Assembly: GCA_964270895.1 (NCBI GenBank)
Contig: OZ185447.1
Length of the DNA: 64,000 nt
Direction: 5' to 3' (one strand)
Source of the DNA: Podarcis filfolensis
Lineage: Eukaryota
Made by a program: the position numbers and the translations under genes. Below the pieces are notes generated by a model. The model saw only the letters and a program-made list of their open reading frames with translations. It was not told the origin of the DNA and did no database searches. This document shows, piece by piece, positions 21,151 through 34,043 of the stretch (its first letter is position 1; the number at the start of each line of letters is the position of its first letter).

Positions 21151-24100
21151 ATGTCGGTAGATCTCTTAATGCTCTCTTCACAGTTATACAACTCTCCTAA
21201 TTTTCAGCAATCTGAACAGCATTCATCTCTTCTCCTTTAACCACACCCCTGCCTCTGAAAAGAGGAGCCCTATTGCAAAGAAATACGCACTCGCCACCTG
21301 CCAGCGCGTGTGGCAGTACAAATATGTTATTTTCCTCCCTGGTCTATTAGGGCTCCTTTCTATCATCATTCAGTGGAGAGGCTTGTAATCGTAATGCAAA
21401 ATGGGGCAGTAGGGGTGTGTCTCTTAGGATCTCAAGGGTAGGCTTGATTGTATGTATCTCTTTATAAATATTTTGCAACAACGACATCTACTTTTATTCT
21501 TTTTTTAAAAAAAATAACATTGTATAGTAATAAGTTGCTTGGAATGCAGTTTTTGCTTGTTTTTGGCAATTTGAGGCACACTTTCTTTTTTCTTTTTAAA
21601 AAACACCCATATGTAACATTTTATTTTATCATTTAACAAATGATCTGCTAACTTCATTTGGAATTATAGGTGAATTTTAAGGAACCCCTTTTTTGACCCT
21701 GTTAACTGTCATTTCCCCCCATCTCTTGTCTCTGATAGGTTTGGTTTCCTGCTTGGGAGACTGGTTTTGATTGTGAGGGTGATGGCGAATGATAGGCTGT
21801 TGGTGCTGCAGTAGGTGTGGATCTTGGAGAGAGAAAAAGGGTGGGCTCTCCTTCATATCAGTGGTGCCATGTTTTGCAGTCCATGTCATATTTCTAGTAT
21901 TGCTTAGATAATTATGATGTTGGGGAAAATAGTCTAAGAAAGGAAAATGTATTCTGTGTTAGCATTTTTTTTTCATTGTGGAAATCTGAGATAGGGTAAA
22001 TGACCTGCACAGTACTCTTTTCTAAGAGCTGAGTTGCTTTGTTCCTCTATATGGGTCAGTATTATGGGATTTATATTTAGGATTCTTAATTCTTGGGTGT
22101 AACAGTAGCACAAGTCTGGTGAGTTGAAAGAGAATGAAAATGACTCTCCCCCTTCTCCATGCTTATTATGTTAATAGTTACTGTTCTGAGCAGAAATCTA
22201 ACAGGGAGATAGATGATTCCTGATCAAGATGTGGTGGAGAGCTGGGAGGGTGGGGGCGCACACAGCTTTCTAGAGAATCATAGTCACCCAAAGATTCCAG
22301 CTTGATTATTCTGTGCATTCATTGTTTTTCTCTCTGTCTCAGATGGTTTTCTCTGAGAGAAAAATGGATCTGAGTGTAATAGCAGCAGCTGGTCACGCCC
22401 CTGCTAGGCTAGAATACATGGATGCAAAGTGCAGTTCTCATTGGGTAAAGACTGTGGTATGCTCCTGTAGTTTTGGGTGGGGATAGAGAGGAAAAACCCT
22501 TTTGTCTACCAGCAGAATTGGCATTAAAATAGATGCCTTGCTAGAATGAATATAGAAACACATTTTTATTATGGATTTTTCCCGCAATTGATGCTGCATC
22601 TTCCATTTTTTTTAGTGGGGATAATTGGTCATTGTAATGTGCAAATAAACTACTATATTGGTAAGTAATGCCACTGATTTGTCAGCAAGGGCTGCATGGT
22701 TAGGCTGGTGAGATCATATAATTCTAGGGTAAAAAAGATTCCTGGGATTGTCCATATATTTATTCAGCCTTTTAAATAGTCAGGGTATGTGCTATAACTT
22801 CCCTAATCCATGGTTGCTAATTTATAGTTCTTTAGACTTTTTAAATCATTTGCATATGATGTCATTAATTCTTAAAACAATCCTGTATGGTAGGTTAGTT
22901 TATTGTCCCTATGCTACAGGTGGGAATTGGGGATGAGGGACTGACTGGTCTCTGAGTTCATAGCTGAGGTGAGATTTGAAGAAGGAACTTCTTGGCCACT
23001 ACACCAGCTCTCTAATACATTATTTATTAAGACTTCTTTCTATTCTACTTCAGTCATGAATGAAAGCATAGCATTTGAACATATTTGGTGGTAATCCCTT
23101 TAGATGCATTGCAAAGCTTTAATTTTATGGTTATAAGAAAAGAGCTCTGTCTCTAGGATCTGGTACTGGAGTTAGCCAGATTTTGGTCTTGCATCATCCT
23201 TGCATTTCACTTAATGTTTTAGAAGAAATTTAGGGAAATTCCTGCCACCAGCTAATACAGGTATTTTAGCTGGAGAAACTCTTATTTCTTGGGTTGTTTG
23301 GAACCAAGGAAAAAGCTGATGTGGCCATCAGGTTTCCCCCTAGTTCCTTCTAACTGGTGTGTGTCTGAGCATTCCAGTAGATGTATTTGTGGTTGCAGTG
23401 CCAACAGGCAGAGACAACCTCACCAGTGCATAGCAGAGCAATACTATCATGTTTATTTGGAAGGAAGTTCCACTGTGTTCAGTGAGGTACTATTACTGCT
23501 AAGTGTGTTTAGGGTTCCAACCTAATTTGCACAAGAAACTCAACTGAAGTTACCACTATACTTATGAAACATTACTTTCAAGCGTCATACCTAAATACAT
23601 CAAATTCAAAGACAACATGGGTTTTCCACACTTGCACCAAGTTGTTTGCATGATTTCAATGTATTATAAGTAGAAACCCATTTCCCTGTATCGCCCCCCG
23701 CAAAAGCCAACAACAAGAAGGTAGGTATATTGTATCTTGACTGAGAGTTCCATTCCCTGTAAAGAAGAGTTCTCATAGCTCATACTTTCGAAGTAAGGTA
23801 GAGGTATATGCATGCACATAACGCCCTCCTCCATATGTCAACATCAAATTGTTTTAAACTAATTTTATCATTAAAATATATTTAAAATGCATACCTTGTG
23901 GTATGCCATTTTTATTTTGCTGATCTGCATATATTGTATCTTGTGCAGCCTACCAAATTTAAGGCCCAATATTTCTCCAGGAAAAAAACACATTTGTTTG
24001 ATAGTCTCTTTGTGCTGGGGTGTGTGTGCAGATTTCATGCAGAACAGCAGCACACGAGGAAATAAACCGCAAAAGTTGCTGCAGAAAATTATATAATTCA

Positions 24101-25062
24101 CAAACTTACTCTACTTTTTTATTATGCCTGATGCATTTTTGAGTGTGAACATACTCTTGATCAGAAGCAGCTATTAAAAAACAAAACAAACTTCATATTT
24201 CAGAAAATACTTCATAAACTTAGCAGCCTCCTCATACCATTTATTTTTTTTTTGTAAAAGAGTGATCATTGCATGCTAATGTAAATGTATGCCTTGAATA
24301 ATGTTCTTCTTTAAAAAAAAGTGTTATGTCCAGGATCTTAAAGTTGAATGGAACAGAGGGTTAAAGTATTCCATTCAGCTCTGTCAATCGAAAGTTGCAT
24401 GTATATGCAGTGTTTCGTTAGATTTAAAATTGAGAGTGATACAACAAAAAATCATGTTTCCATATGTTGGACATCACAGTGCTCTTATAGGAAGAGATTT
24501 GTTAGTTAGATGTTGGCAGTGTAATGCTGAAAATTCCTCTTTATGATGTGGGCATGTCCTGTAATGGTTTCTTTCTTGTCAGAAGTTACTGCTCATATCA
24601 ACTTTGTTTTGAGAAAATCATTAATATTTGCACTCATAAATTATATTGAACTAACCGAATGACAACAAAAGTGAGTTCTATGAGTCCTTTTGGTGTCTAA
24701 GAGACTTATACTGCAAGGTTGGAAGGACAAACATCTACCATCTATCACCCAATGGATTGAAGATCTCACTGCCCTTTCTGTATTTGAACACGTGGATTGT
24801 AATAATTAGTTTAGATACCTATTTGGACTGTCTTTATTAATAATGTACATATAAGTACTGTACATATAAACCAGGATTGGTGGAATATACTTACTGTTAT
24901 TATCAGCTGGCACTGGGGTTTTTTAATTATTAGGTTTTATTTGCTTTTCTTCTCTCTGCTATATTTGTAAATATAGGAATGTCTTTTAAAAAAACCTAAC
25001 CTGCATCCTTAAATCAGCATTGACAGTTTCATTAATTCTGTAGTGGGTGTGCCAACTCAGTG

Positions 25063-25169
25063 GGTTGTAGCCAGCTATGTTCTACTCAGAGTAGACCCAA
25101 TGAAATTACTAGACCAAAGTTAATAATGACCATTAATTTAAATAGTTCTATTCTATGTTGGATACAACC
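25063..25169. mobile_element. Palindromic MITE (GGTTGTA...TACAACC family)
   Basis: TIRs GGTTGTAGCCA / TGGATACAACC with a CTACTCAGAGTAGACCCA core; related copies at about 32651-32750 and 55185-55382. Confidence 0.7.
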
Positions 25170-25277
25170 TGATATAAGCCATTGTTTCTGTTATCAAGAC
25201 ATGACTTCAGAGACTCCTACTTATTCTTAAAAAGAGACGAGAACCATTTAGTTATCTGTAAATATTATTGTGATGGG

Positions 25278-25445
25278 AAGGAACCTTAGGTGGTAGAGTC
25301 CATGTTGGGATGTAGAAAGTCCTAGGTCCAGTCCCTAGTATCTCCAGCTAAAATATCTGGTAGGAGGTCATGTGGAAGATCTATCTGCTTAAGACCTGGA
25401 CAGTTGCTGGATGAACAAATCTGAGTTGACAGGTAGCTTCCCTGT
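25278..25445 (+). mobile_element. Degraded tRNA-derived SINE
   Basis: GGTGGTAGAG (A box) and GGTCCAGTCCCTAGTATCTCCAG (B-box-like), followed by a typical body. Confidence 0.5.
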
Positions 25446-26569
25446 GGTTTTAATGCAATGGTTTTAAGCAACAGCAGAGACCTTGAACTTGTAGATCTTC
25501 AGTGTGTCTTCTGAACGAGGAGCTTTTTATCTTTTAGAAAGAAGCTTCTAAGAAAGTCATTACAAGAACCTTTTATGCAATCTCCTTCGGGAGTTTGCTC
25601 CAAGCTTGCATTTTATCCTAAGATCCAAAAAGCCACAACTGGTCTTAAACTGTAGAGTAAACTCTAAAACTCATGCAAGGAGGTTGAAAAGGAAAAATGG
25701 GCCTAGAATTACTTGTTTTAGAAGAACTTACTGTATAAATTTCTTCCTATCACTCTCAAAACTAATTCATTCTATAGAAGAAACATGGTTCTGAACTAAA
25801 GAATAGGAATACCAGACTCTTAATTCAGCACTTTAAGGGTGAACTGTATAGTTTTAGAAGGCACTATGGATCCAAAGACAAAACTGGTGGTTATGAAATG
25901 ATAGTTAGAAAATGCTCAGTCATTGATTCAAGTGAACAAATTTGGCAGTCCTAGACTTGTATATGGATCAGAATGCAGCTATTAAACTGCACACTTCTTC
26001 AAAATTTGCCTTGCAGTTTTAGTTAAAAATGCATAGAAGGTGTGTCTTTTCTTGGGAAATGCATTGAGAAGTATAAAAAATGCATGTGTACATTTTATAC
26101 ATTTTTTTAAAAAACAGAACAGGAAAGACTTATTGAATGTATTGAGTGGATGTGAAACTGATACAGAATGGAAGTATTTGCCCATTCCTACTTGTGCACC
26201 CTGATTCATTTTAAAAAATTCTTATAGCTTATGACAAGGATGCTAAATAGCATAAAACACTGGAGCTACTACATGTTATAAAACAAATGAGAACACGTGT
26301 TCTGTGGTCTACAAGGTTATAGGAAAATGTTTGTCTAACTATGTTTACCGTATATATAGTTTCCTCAAGGAAAAAAGTTCTTGTGGTGAATACATTCCTG
26401 GCAATAATTCTGATCTTTTTAAATTTAACACTTTTAATGCTGTGCATCAACTTTTGACATATAGATATGTCCAGTTGTATTCCAGTTGCATGCTGGCTGA
26501 TCTGATGTTCAGCCCACACCATTACCAAGACCACAAAGGAAAAATCTTATTTAAATTTTGAGGTATTTC

Positions 26570-27120
26570 TACCCCACACTTTAATAAAATTGGCTTACAA
26601 AATGTAAAAACACAACAAAACATTTTAAAAGCATATGGAGCTGTATTAAAACCAGTAAATCACTAGAAGCAGCATAAAAACAACAAATCCAGTTAACGGG
26701 TCAAATTGAATTGCAAAGCCTGAAAAGATAAATATCTATCTTATTTGGTGCTGAAATGAGTTTTCAGTGGTGGTGCCCTGATTTTATAATGCTCTTCCTG
26801 GGAAGGCCCTTTCTCTGGTAGCCATCTGCACCTCAAGTGGTGGAAGAACTTAAAGAGCCTTGCCTAGTGTACGTCCAGGAACATGTTAATACAATCCTTT
26901 GGGTATCCTAGTGCCAAGCCATGAAGGATAAAAACTAGCACTTGAGAACTGAACCTGGAAATGAATTGAGAGTCTGTGCAGTTGATGGAGCACTAGTATA
27001 ATTTTATAATGCCTGGTCTTTGTTATTTAGCAGCTATTGTCTAAACTAACTTGTGATTCTGAACTGTCTTCAGAGGCAACCCAATGTATACTAGATAACA
27101 GTAGTTTAACCTGGCCATCA
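26570..27120 (-). mobile_element. Degraded L2 LINE 3' region
   Basis: Organisation resembles the L2 copy at 46055 (A-rich linker, ...TTCAGAGGCAACCC...). Confidence 0.45.
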
Positions 27121-30100
27121 CCGGAGCATGAGACCTGAGACCTGGCTTTCTTAGTTCAGATAGGTATGCAGCTGACAAAGCAGCTTAAGCTTCTAGAAGG
27201 TGCTTTCTGCCAATATGGAAATGTGATTGAGATGGTTTAAGAAGCACTCTGAGACTGCAGGCCAATTCCTTTGGAGACACTACAACTCTGTCCAAAACAG
27301 GATGAACATCATTTACCTGAGCAGATTTGCACCTATGTATTCTTTGTCTTCATCCTGCCAGTTTCTATTCTCAACCATCAGTTATGCTGGGTGTGATCTG
27401 CATATTGATGGTACCTAACTCCAAATCTTCTTGTGTTCTCTTTGCTGATACTGTCCAAGTCCAGTAAATAATTTCCTACACTCCACTGCCAGAAATACCG
27501 GTATATCTTTAGAAAGGCTTTGGAACAAAGTCTTACTTGCTTAACCTGAGAAAATGAACCTTGGACCATGCAGCTCTTAATGGTCCAAGACATAGAAAGA
27601 GCAACATCTTTTCCAGCCTGAGGTGACATCAAAGGACAAAACCAAATCTGTGTGTTGGCATAAAAGTTGAGCATTTGGGAGCTCACATAATTCCTTTCTG
27701 TGGCTTCATTCCCAGAGACTACAGCAGTGGAGTATTAAGAAGCAGAGTGATAAATTATTACGCAGCATTACAGGAGGGCTACTGTTGCTTGTTTATGGAG
27801 AGCATAAAATCAAGGGACAATGTAGAGGAACTCGCTCTTTCAATTAATGGAACTGTACCAGACTCTGGAAAATCACCCACATGTGATATTAACCCTCTCT
27901 TCACTTCTGCAGCCAGATACTATTTTTCCAAATTTGACAACTTATAGAGCACTATTGAAATTTTCTGAATATTTATAGATTTCATGAGGAATCGGTGCTG
28001 GACTATAACTTCATCATCCCTGACCATTGGGCTTGATGGCCGTTGGTAACCCCAAAACATCTGAAGACCTAGGTTAGCCCCCCCCCATGAATGGTGCTAG
28101 TCCATGGGGCATTTCCTGGACATGGCTAGCTCCAGATTTTGTGGCTCTTGGGCAAAAGATCTGCAGTGAACCCCTGTCCTCATAGCTTGCCTGTCCCCGA
28201 TTCCAATGATTGTAGTGGCAGTAGGCTTACTGGCTCTATTAGGAGGCAAGATTTAATTGTTTTGCAGCTGTTGTACCAACCCTTCTTCAGCCCCAGTCTC
28301 CATCACTTCTGAAAACCCGTACTAGTGTTCAAAACACACCAGCTTTTCTTCTGGTACTTCCATTCTGCTGCTGCTGCTGTTTGTGCTTGCACTCATGTGA
28401 GAGCTGGATTGAGGTGCTGCAAGGAGGAGCAACCATCACTGTTCTGTGGAGGTAGTGCATGGCAGCAGCGTTTGCTGTTCTACAACCTGCCCAGTTCTGC
28501 CTGGCTTTGTGTCTTTGAGAACATATACAAGGCGAGTAGAGGAGCTGGTAGGCTAGCTGCAGGTAAGTGTGTATGTTTCTTTACAACTACTTTGTTCCAC
28601 TTCTGCTCAAGGTGGCCTGTTGAGCAGGAGCAGTGGTTTCCCCACTGTTTACGGGGCTAGAGTCTTGATGTCAGCAGTTGATGTTGAGCTATCGTAGGTA
28701 CCTCACAAAGCAGCCTGCTACTGATCCTGATCTTGATAGAATTCTGCTTTGCCCCAGTGCCCAGACTCGGATAATGGTAACCGAGAGAAGCTTTTCTCTC
28801 CTGTTGCAAGTTGGAAAGTATTTACTTCTTGCATTCAAGTGTCCACCTTCCTGCTGTATAGAGAGAATTGCCAGCTGGGTAAGTGTGTGGCTGACATGGA
28901 GTCCTGATATTGAAATTGGGTCTTTCATTTTTCCTCCAATTAAGGGAGCATGGAAGGAGGGCATGTGACTGTCCAGGAAGAATATACTGAAGATAAAATA
29001 TATTTTGTGGCAGCTATGACATAGAGGAGGAATTTCAGTGTTGTTGCATGGATTTGGTCTGAGGAACTGATCCAGCTGTAGACGTTAGGTTCCTTAGCTT
29101 GTGACTGCAATAATTTGCTACAACCCACACATAATTCTGTGGCTAAGGGAAATAAAATCCTTTAAAAAACAAACAAACCAAAACAGCAGATGTGTATTGT
29201 GCTCTGTAGCGAGGAAAGTACTTAAGGTGTAGCATTTAAATAACTTCAGCATTTCAGGCATTATGTCCTGCAGCCTTTGATAGAGACTCCATTAAGAGGA
29301 TGGAAAGCAGAGAGGCCTTCATTTCAAAGGCTATTCAGCTAAGTGCAGGCTGTTTGTGTGTGGTTTTTTCTTCTTTTTGAAAGCCTGCATTCATTGACAA
29401 CAAGCATACAAGAAGCAAACTGTCCGTTGACTTTTCACAGAAAAATGCAAGTATTACTGGTGGAGTATATTATAAGTACATTTAAGTTTGGGACTCACTT
29501 TTAACGATACTGCTGCTATAACGAACTATTTTAAAATATATAGCAAGCGGTTTCTCTTTCTTCACTTGGAATATGGGCAGTGGTTTGAAAATTACTTGTT
29601 TTTATGATGAAACTGTTATGTAGGACTTGGGGTTCACCACACAACCACAGGGGCATTGTTCAGATTTGGGTGTCCTAAGAATCTTCATTCTATTTATTTA
29701 AGTTCCTATAATGGCACCCAAAAATGTCTGATTCAGAACTTAATAAAGTTGAGTAGAATTTCAGCATTTTGGTGCTGAGGAAAGAAAGAACAAAGAGAGA
29801 GTCAGTGCCAAAAAAGAAGAAGCAAAGCTTCAAAATGAGTTTTGAAATGGAAGAAGCTGTGGTTGTTTCAATGAGGTTTCACTGAAGAAAGCCAGTCTTC
29901 AAGACAATGAATTATGTCTTTGTGGGAAAGGTGTGGTAGGAGATATCACTTTACATCTCCTGAGGTGTAAAGTGAGCTTCAACTGCTCACTGACTGATGA
30001 GCCCCTTTGCATGGTGGCTTGGTAGGCATGCTTACCTTCAAACATACACCTAAAGTGAGACAGGAAGAGTTCTTTTTTTGAGGGGAGAAATACACATAAA

Positions 30101-32650
30101 CTGGGCCCCTGCATGGAGCATCTATGTTCACACATCTTGGATATGTGTTCAGATGAAGTTGTGTGTGTACATTGCAGAAGACTGTCAACTGGTTAAGTGT
30201 GTGAACTAGAACTGAGGACTGATATTGAAAACAGAATCCTGTACTTATCCTTGGATTGGATTTAAGCATTTGGTGATATGCTTAAACTCTCTCTATTTCA
30301 GGGAACACAGAAGGAGGGCATGTGACTGATGTGAGGGTGGGATTTCAAGGTTTAATTCCAAAGGTTCTAGGCTGAAGACATCACATATATATTGCAGTTA
30401 TGCAAGTGGAAGAAAGTGTTCTGCCTTGAGTATAGCCAGTACCTTAGATGCTGTGAGAAGTGGGGCAGGGAACTGCCATGGGAAAATGGAAGGGGAATTA
30501 ACTTGGGCATGTGAGTCTGGTGAAATAAGATGACAGATTGCCTAAAGCAAAAGTGGAAATACTCTGGCTGTGTTCACATATTTAGAGGTGTGGTGGTCTG
30601 GGGTTGCGGGAGGTCACAGAGCCTGCAGCAGAGTCCCTGTCATCAATGACCATCCAATCAGCACTAAAAGGTTGCTTTTTAGCCACAGAGACGTATTTTC
30701 ACCCTTTGTGCTGATGGGAGCCAGTCAGAGTAGAAGGAGGTGAGTCAGTGACAGGATTGGCTCCTAGCTAGGGTCACTCTGAGGAAGGCACACAGGAAGA
30801 ATACAGAGGAGTTGTTCTGTATGCTCCAAAGCTAAATATTTAGGAACACTGAGAACACAAGGTGCTTCAGTTTCAAAATAATCGTTTGCAAGTTCTGTTA
30901 CATACGTTGGAACCTGAAGGAAAAGACAGTTGATGTCACTCCAAAAAAAGATATTTCAGCACTCCAAATTATTTGCACAGAAAATAGCAGCTCTATCTGA
31001 AAGGCAACACATGGAGATCTGTATTGATCATTGTAATACATCCCTAATTATTATTGTATAATTAAAACTCTTGTATAATCTTTTTTAAAAAATCTGTGTA
31101 TTGATTTTGTATGATATTGAACAAACCTAAGTGCATAATAATCTCCCTCCCACCTTTTAATTATTGTATTATTAGAAGGGTGTGTGGCTGGGGGGGGGAG
31201 GTGCAGTTGTGACTCATGAAGGGACCCTTAATTTCTGAACTTGCCACAACACTACTGCACATAACCAACTGTACGATGTAGTCTGAAACATGTTATAGAT
31301 TACCAGTAATGCAGTAATGTGCCCACCCTACTCCTCTCTGCTGAGTGGGGAGGAAATAAGCCACAGTTTAGCGTTATATGTGAATCAACACTTGCAGTTT
31401 GTTTCTCTCCATGTGCTGATTTGCACATGATGTTACGCCATTGCTGTAGTTTGCTTATTTCCAGCTTGACAAAGGGAGGAGCAAGGTGGGAGCAGTTTGA
31501 ACAGTTCCTCCTTGTTGATGTCATTGGATAAAAAGTGCTGTATAAGGGCAAAGGATTTCATTATCTCAAAACTGTTGAAATTCTCAATCTGTAGGTTCAA
31601 CAGGATGAATGAAAGGGACTAAGGCTACCCTAGACTCCCCGCCTTCTATGTATATATTTCATGGATGTCACAGCACAGGTTGTTAGTTTACGATGCAAGG
31701 GAGAGAAGGGGAGATGACCAAAACAATGAATGTCACCCTTTGTTTGCCCTTCCCATTATGTGGTCTTCTGTGCTGCCACCAAGTAGATAGTTGCCCCCCC
31801 CCAACTGCCTTAATTGAAAGAGCACTTTATATTAGGGGAGGGAACCTGTGGCCCAATAGATGTTGCTAGACTACATCTTCCATCATCCCAGACGCTGTAT
31901 GGAAATAGATATATGAGAGTTGAAGTCCAACAATATCTGGAGGGCCCTCGGGCCCCCAAACGTGTGTTATAACTTTGGTGTTTCTTGTAGACTTTTTGCT
32001 GACCCAGCTGGACTGGATAGAGTGCAGCTTGGATGTGAGTTAAAAATCAAGGAATCGGGCCAAGGCTAAATCTCCATTAAATTTAGTTTTTACTAAAGGC
32101 GTTGAAAAGCAGTAGTTATTATAATGGTGCTTCTAGGGGAAAAAAAAGGTTTTAAAGCTGCGTTAGCAGTTAAGCAACTAGGATATGAAAGTAACATGGT
32201 AAAACACATCCATTTAAATCTTGTCTACAATGTTTTCCTACTTAAGCAAAGTTTACTTCAGCTCATCCTACTTCTGTGGCAGGGCAGTTTCCAGACTTCT
32301 TGTTTAGATCAGCTTCTTTTATCACTGTAATCTGGGTCTTATGCAACTCTCAGCATCCTGGCTTTTTCCAGTTTTAATCTTTTTGAATGGACTTCCTACC
32401 TTGTCAGTTTTACTTATAAGCAATATTCCATTCAATCAGTAGTGCCATAGAGTATTACTAAATTTCTAATTTGTATAAGGTTTCTCTTTGTAGTTTACCT
32501 TCCATGATCTTTTTGACACACACCCCACCTGGAACAGCTTCTAAATTCCAAATGACCCAATACCTAAACAGAAGGCAACCATTTTATAACTAAACACAAA
32601 ATGGCTGAAGTTTAGTTTTCTTCACACACATTTGGAATCAAAGGAAACAG

Positions 32651-32750
32651 GGTTGTATTCAACCAAATCCTACTCAGAATAGACCCATAGAAACCAATGA
32701 ACCTAAGTTAGTAATGTCCTTTATTTTCAGTGGTTCTACTCTCAGTACAC
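32651..32750. mobile_element. Palindromic MITE (GGTTGTA family), partial
   Basis: GGTTGTATTCAAC...CCTACTCAGAATAGACCCAT...GGTTCTACTCTCAGTA; homologous to 25063. Confidence 0.6.
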
Positions 32751-34043
32751 CTCACATAAATTGTGTCAGTTTAAAAATTAATTATAACAAAATAAATTGC
32801 CAGATAATCTTAGTAAAGCGCTTATCTGAGCTGTTTGTACCAACTCTGCCATGAAGCTCTATTTTTATATTAAACTATATTATAAAAATAGTTCCTTTGA
32901 CAATGATCTATGCCTATGGCAGAGTTAAGTAATGTGCAGCCACTCAGTCTGAATGTAGGACATGAAATCATGGTGCAGCTGTCATATAGAGGGAAAACGG
33001 CAATTTTCTAAACTTTATAGTTGCACAGCTAAATATAATAGGCCAAAATGATAAAAGAAGGAAATTAAAAATCCTTGAGGCTAATTCTGCCCTGAAGGAC
33101 AGGATAGAAATTTAATAAATAAATATTTTTTATTTTGCTGATCCTTGCATAATCTGCTTTAAAAATGCTGCCAATTTCTAGAGAGATCTTGACCTTGTTT
33201 TAAAGTACAAACTTAGAAGTCCTTTTTATAATTAAACTTGCTTTTCTACTCTAAGATGCCTGACAAAAACTGATTTCGTGAGTGTAGTGATTTGATGCAA
33301 GTAAGTGAATTCCCTTTTCCTCTGCCCCATTCTCATAGAAGAACCAGTCGATTCCAGCTACCATTTTATTGACATTGAGTGAGTCATATGATCCTATGTG
33401 CAACCATGAATGAATCTTCAGTAACATGAGATTTCAGAGAAACATTATTTTGGGCTGGCTCTAAAGTAGGTTGTGCGTTCATGCTTACAGCATGTGTATC
33501 TATAAATGGTTTTTCCATTCTAATTATAAAGCTTATTTCATAACATTTTTGAGAAGTTGAATTATACACCAAAAGTCTAGTAGCCCCCTCTGCTGAGTGA
33601 ATATCACACTTGATGGGACCAGTGATATGATGTGCCTGACCTGGTGAATAGCAGCAACCAAATACAAATCATTGGCCTATTTAAGGGACTACCTTTCATG
33701 CAGGGTAGGTAGAGATTAGGGTGGCAATGAGCAGAGCCACACCATACATTTGAAGCACATTCAGTGCATATACCCTTCCCCTAAAGAATTCTGGGAACTG
33801 TAGTTTCAAACTCAGAGCTGTAATGTCCTGGGGGGGGGGGTAGGCGGGGAGGAAAGAGAAGGGGGAGGGAATAAAAGGGGAGGGACATCAAGGAAAAAAC
33901 ACTTTAGCAATCATGCACCCCCCCACACCATTGCACCCAATTGTGTTTTGACTCTACTTGATTTTGACTTTATGCCCTATGTATAGAATGTAACCCCCAT
34001 GTAAGCTGTGGGTCTAGTGTATTTTATTTTTGTTCAGTTGCAT

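Noticed and set aside
21203-21223. RE1/REST-like TTCAGCAATCTGAACAGC
   Set aside because: Only 13 of 21 consensus positions match and key core bases differ.
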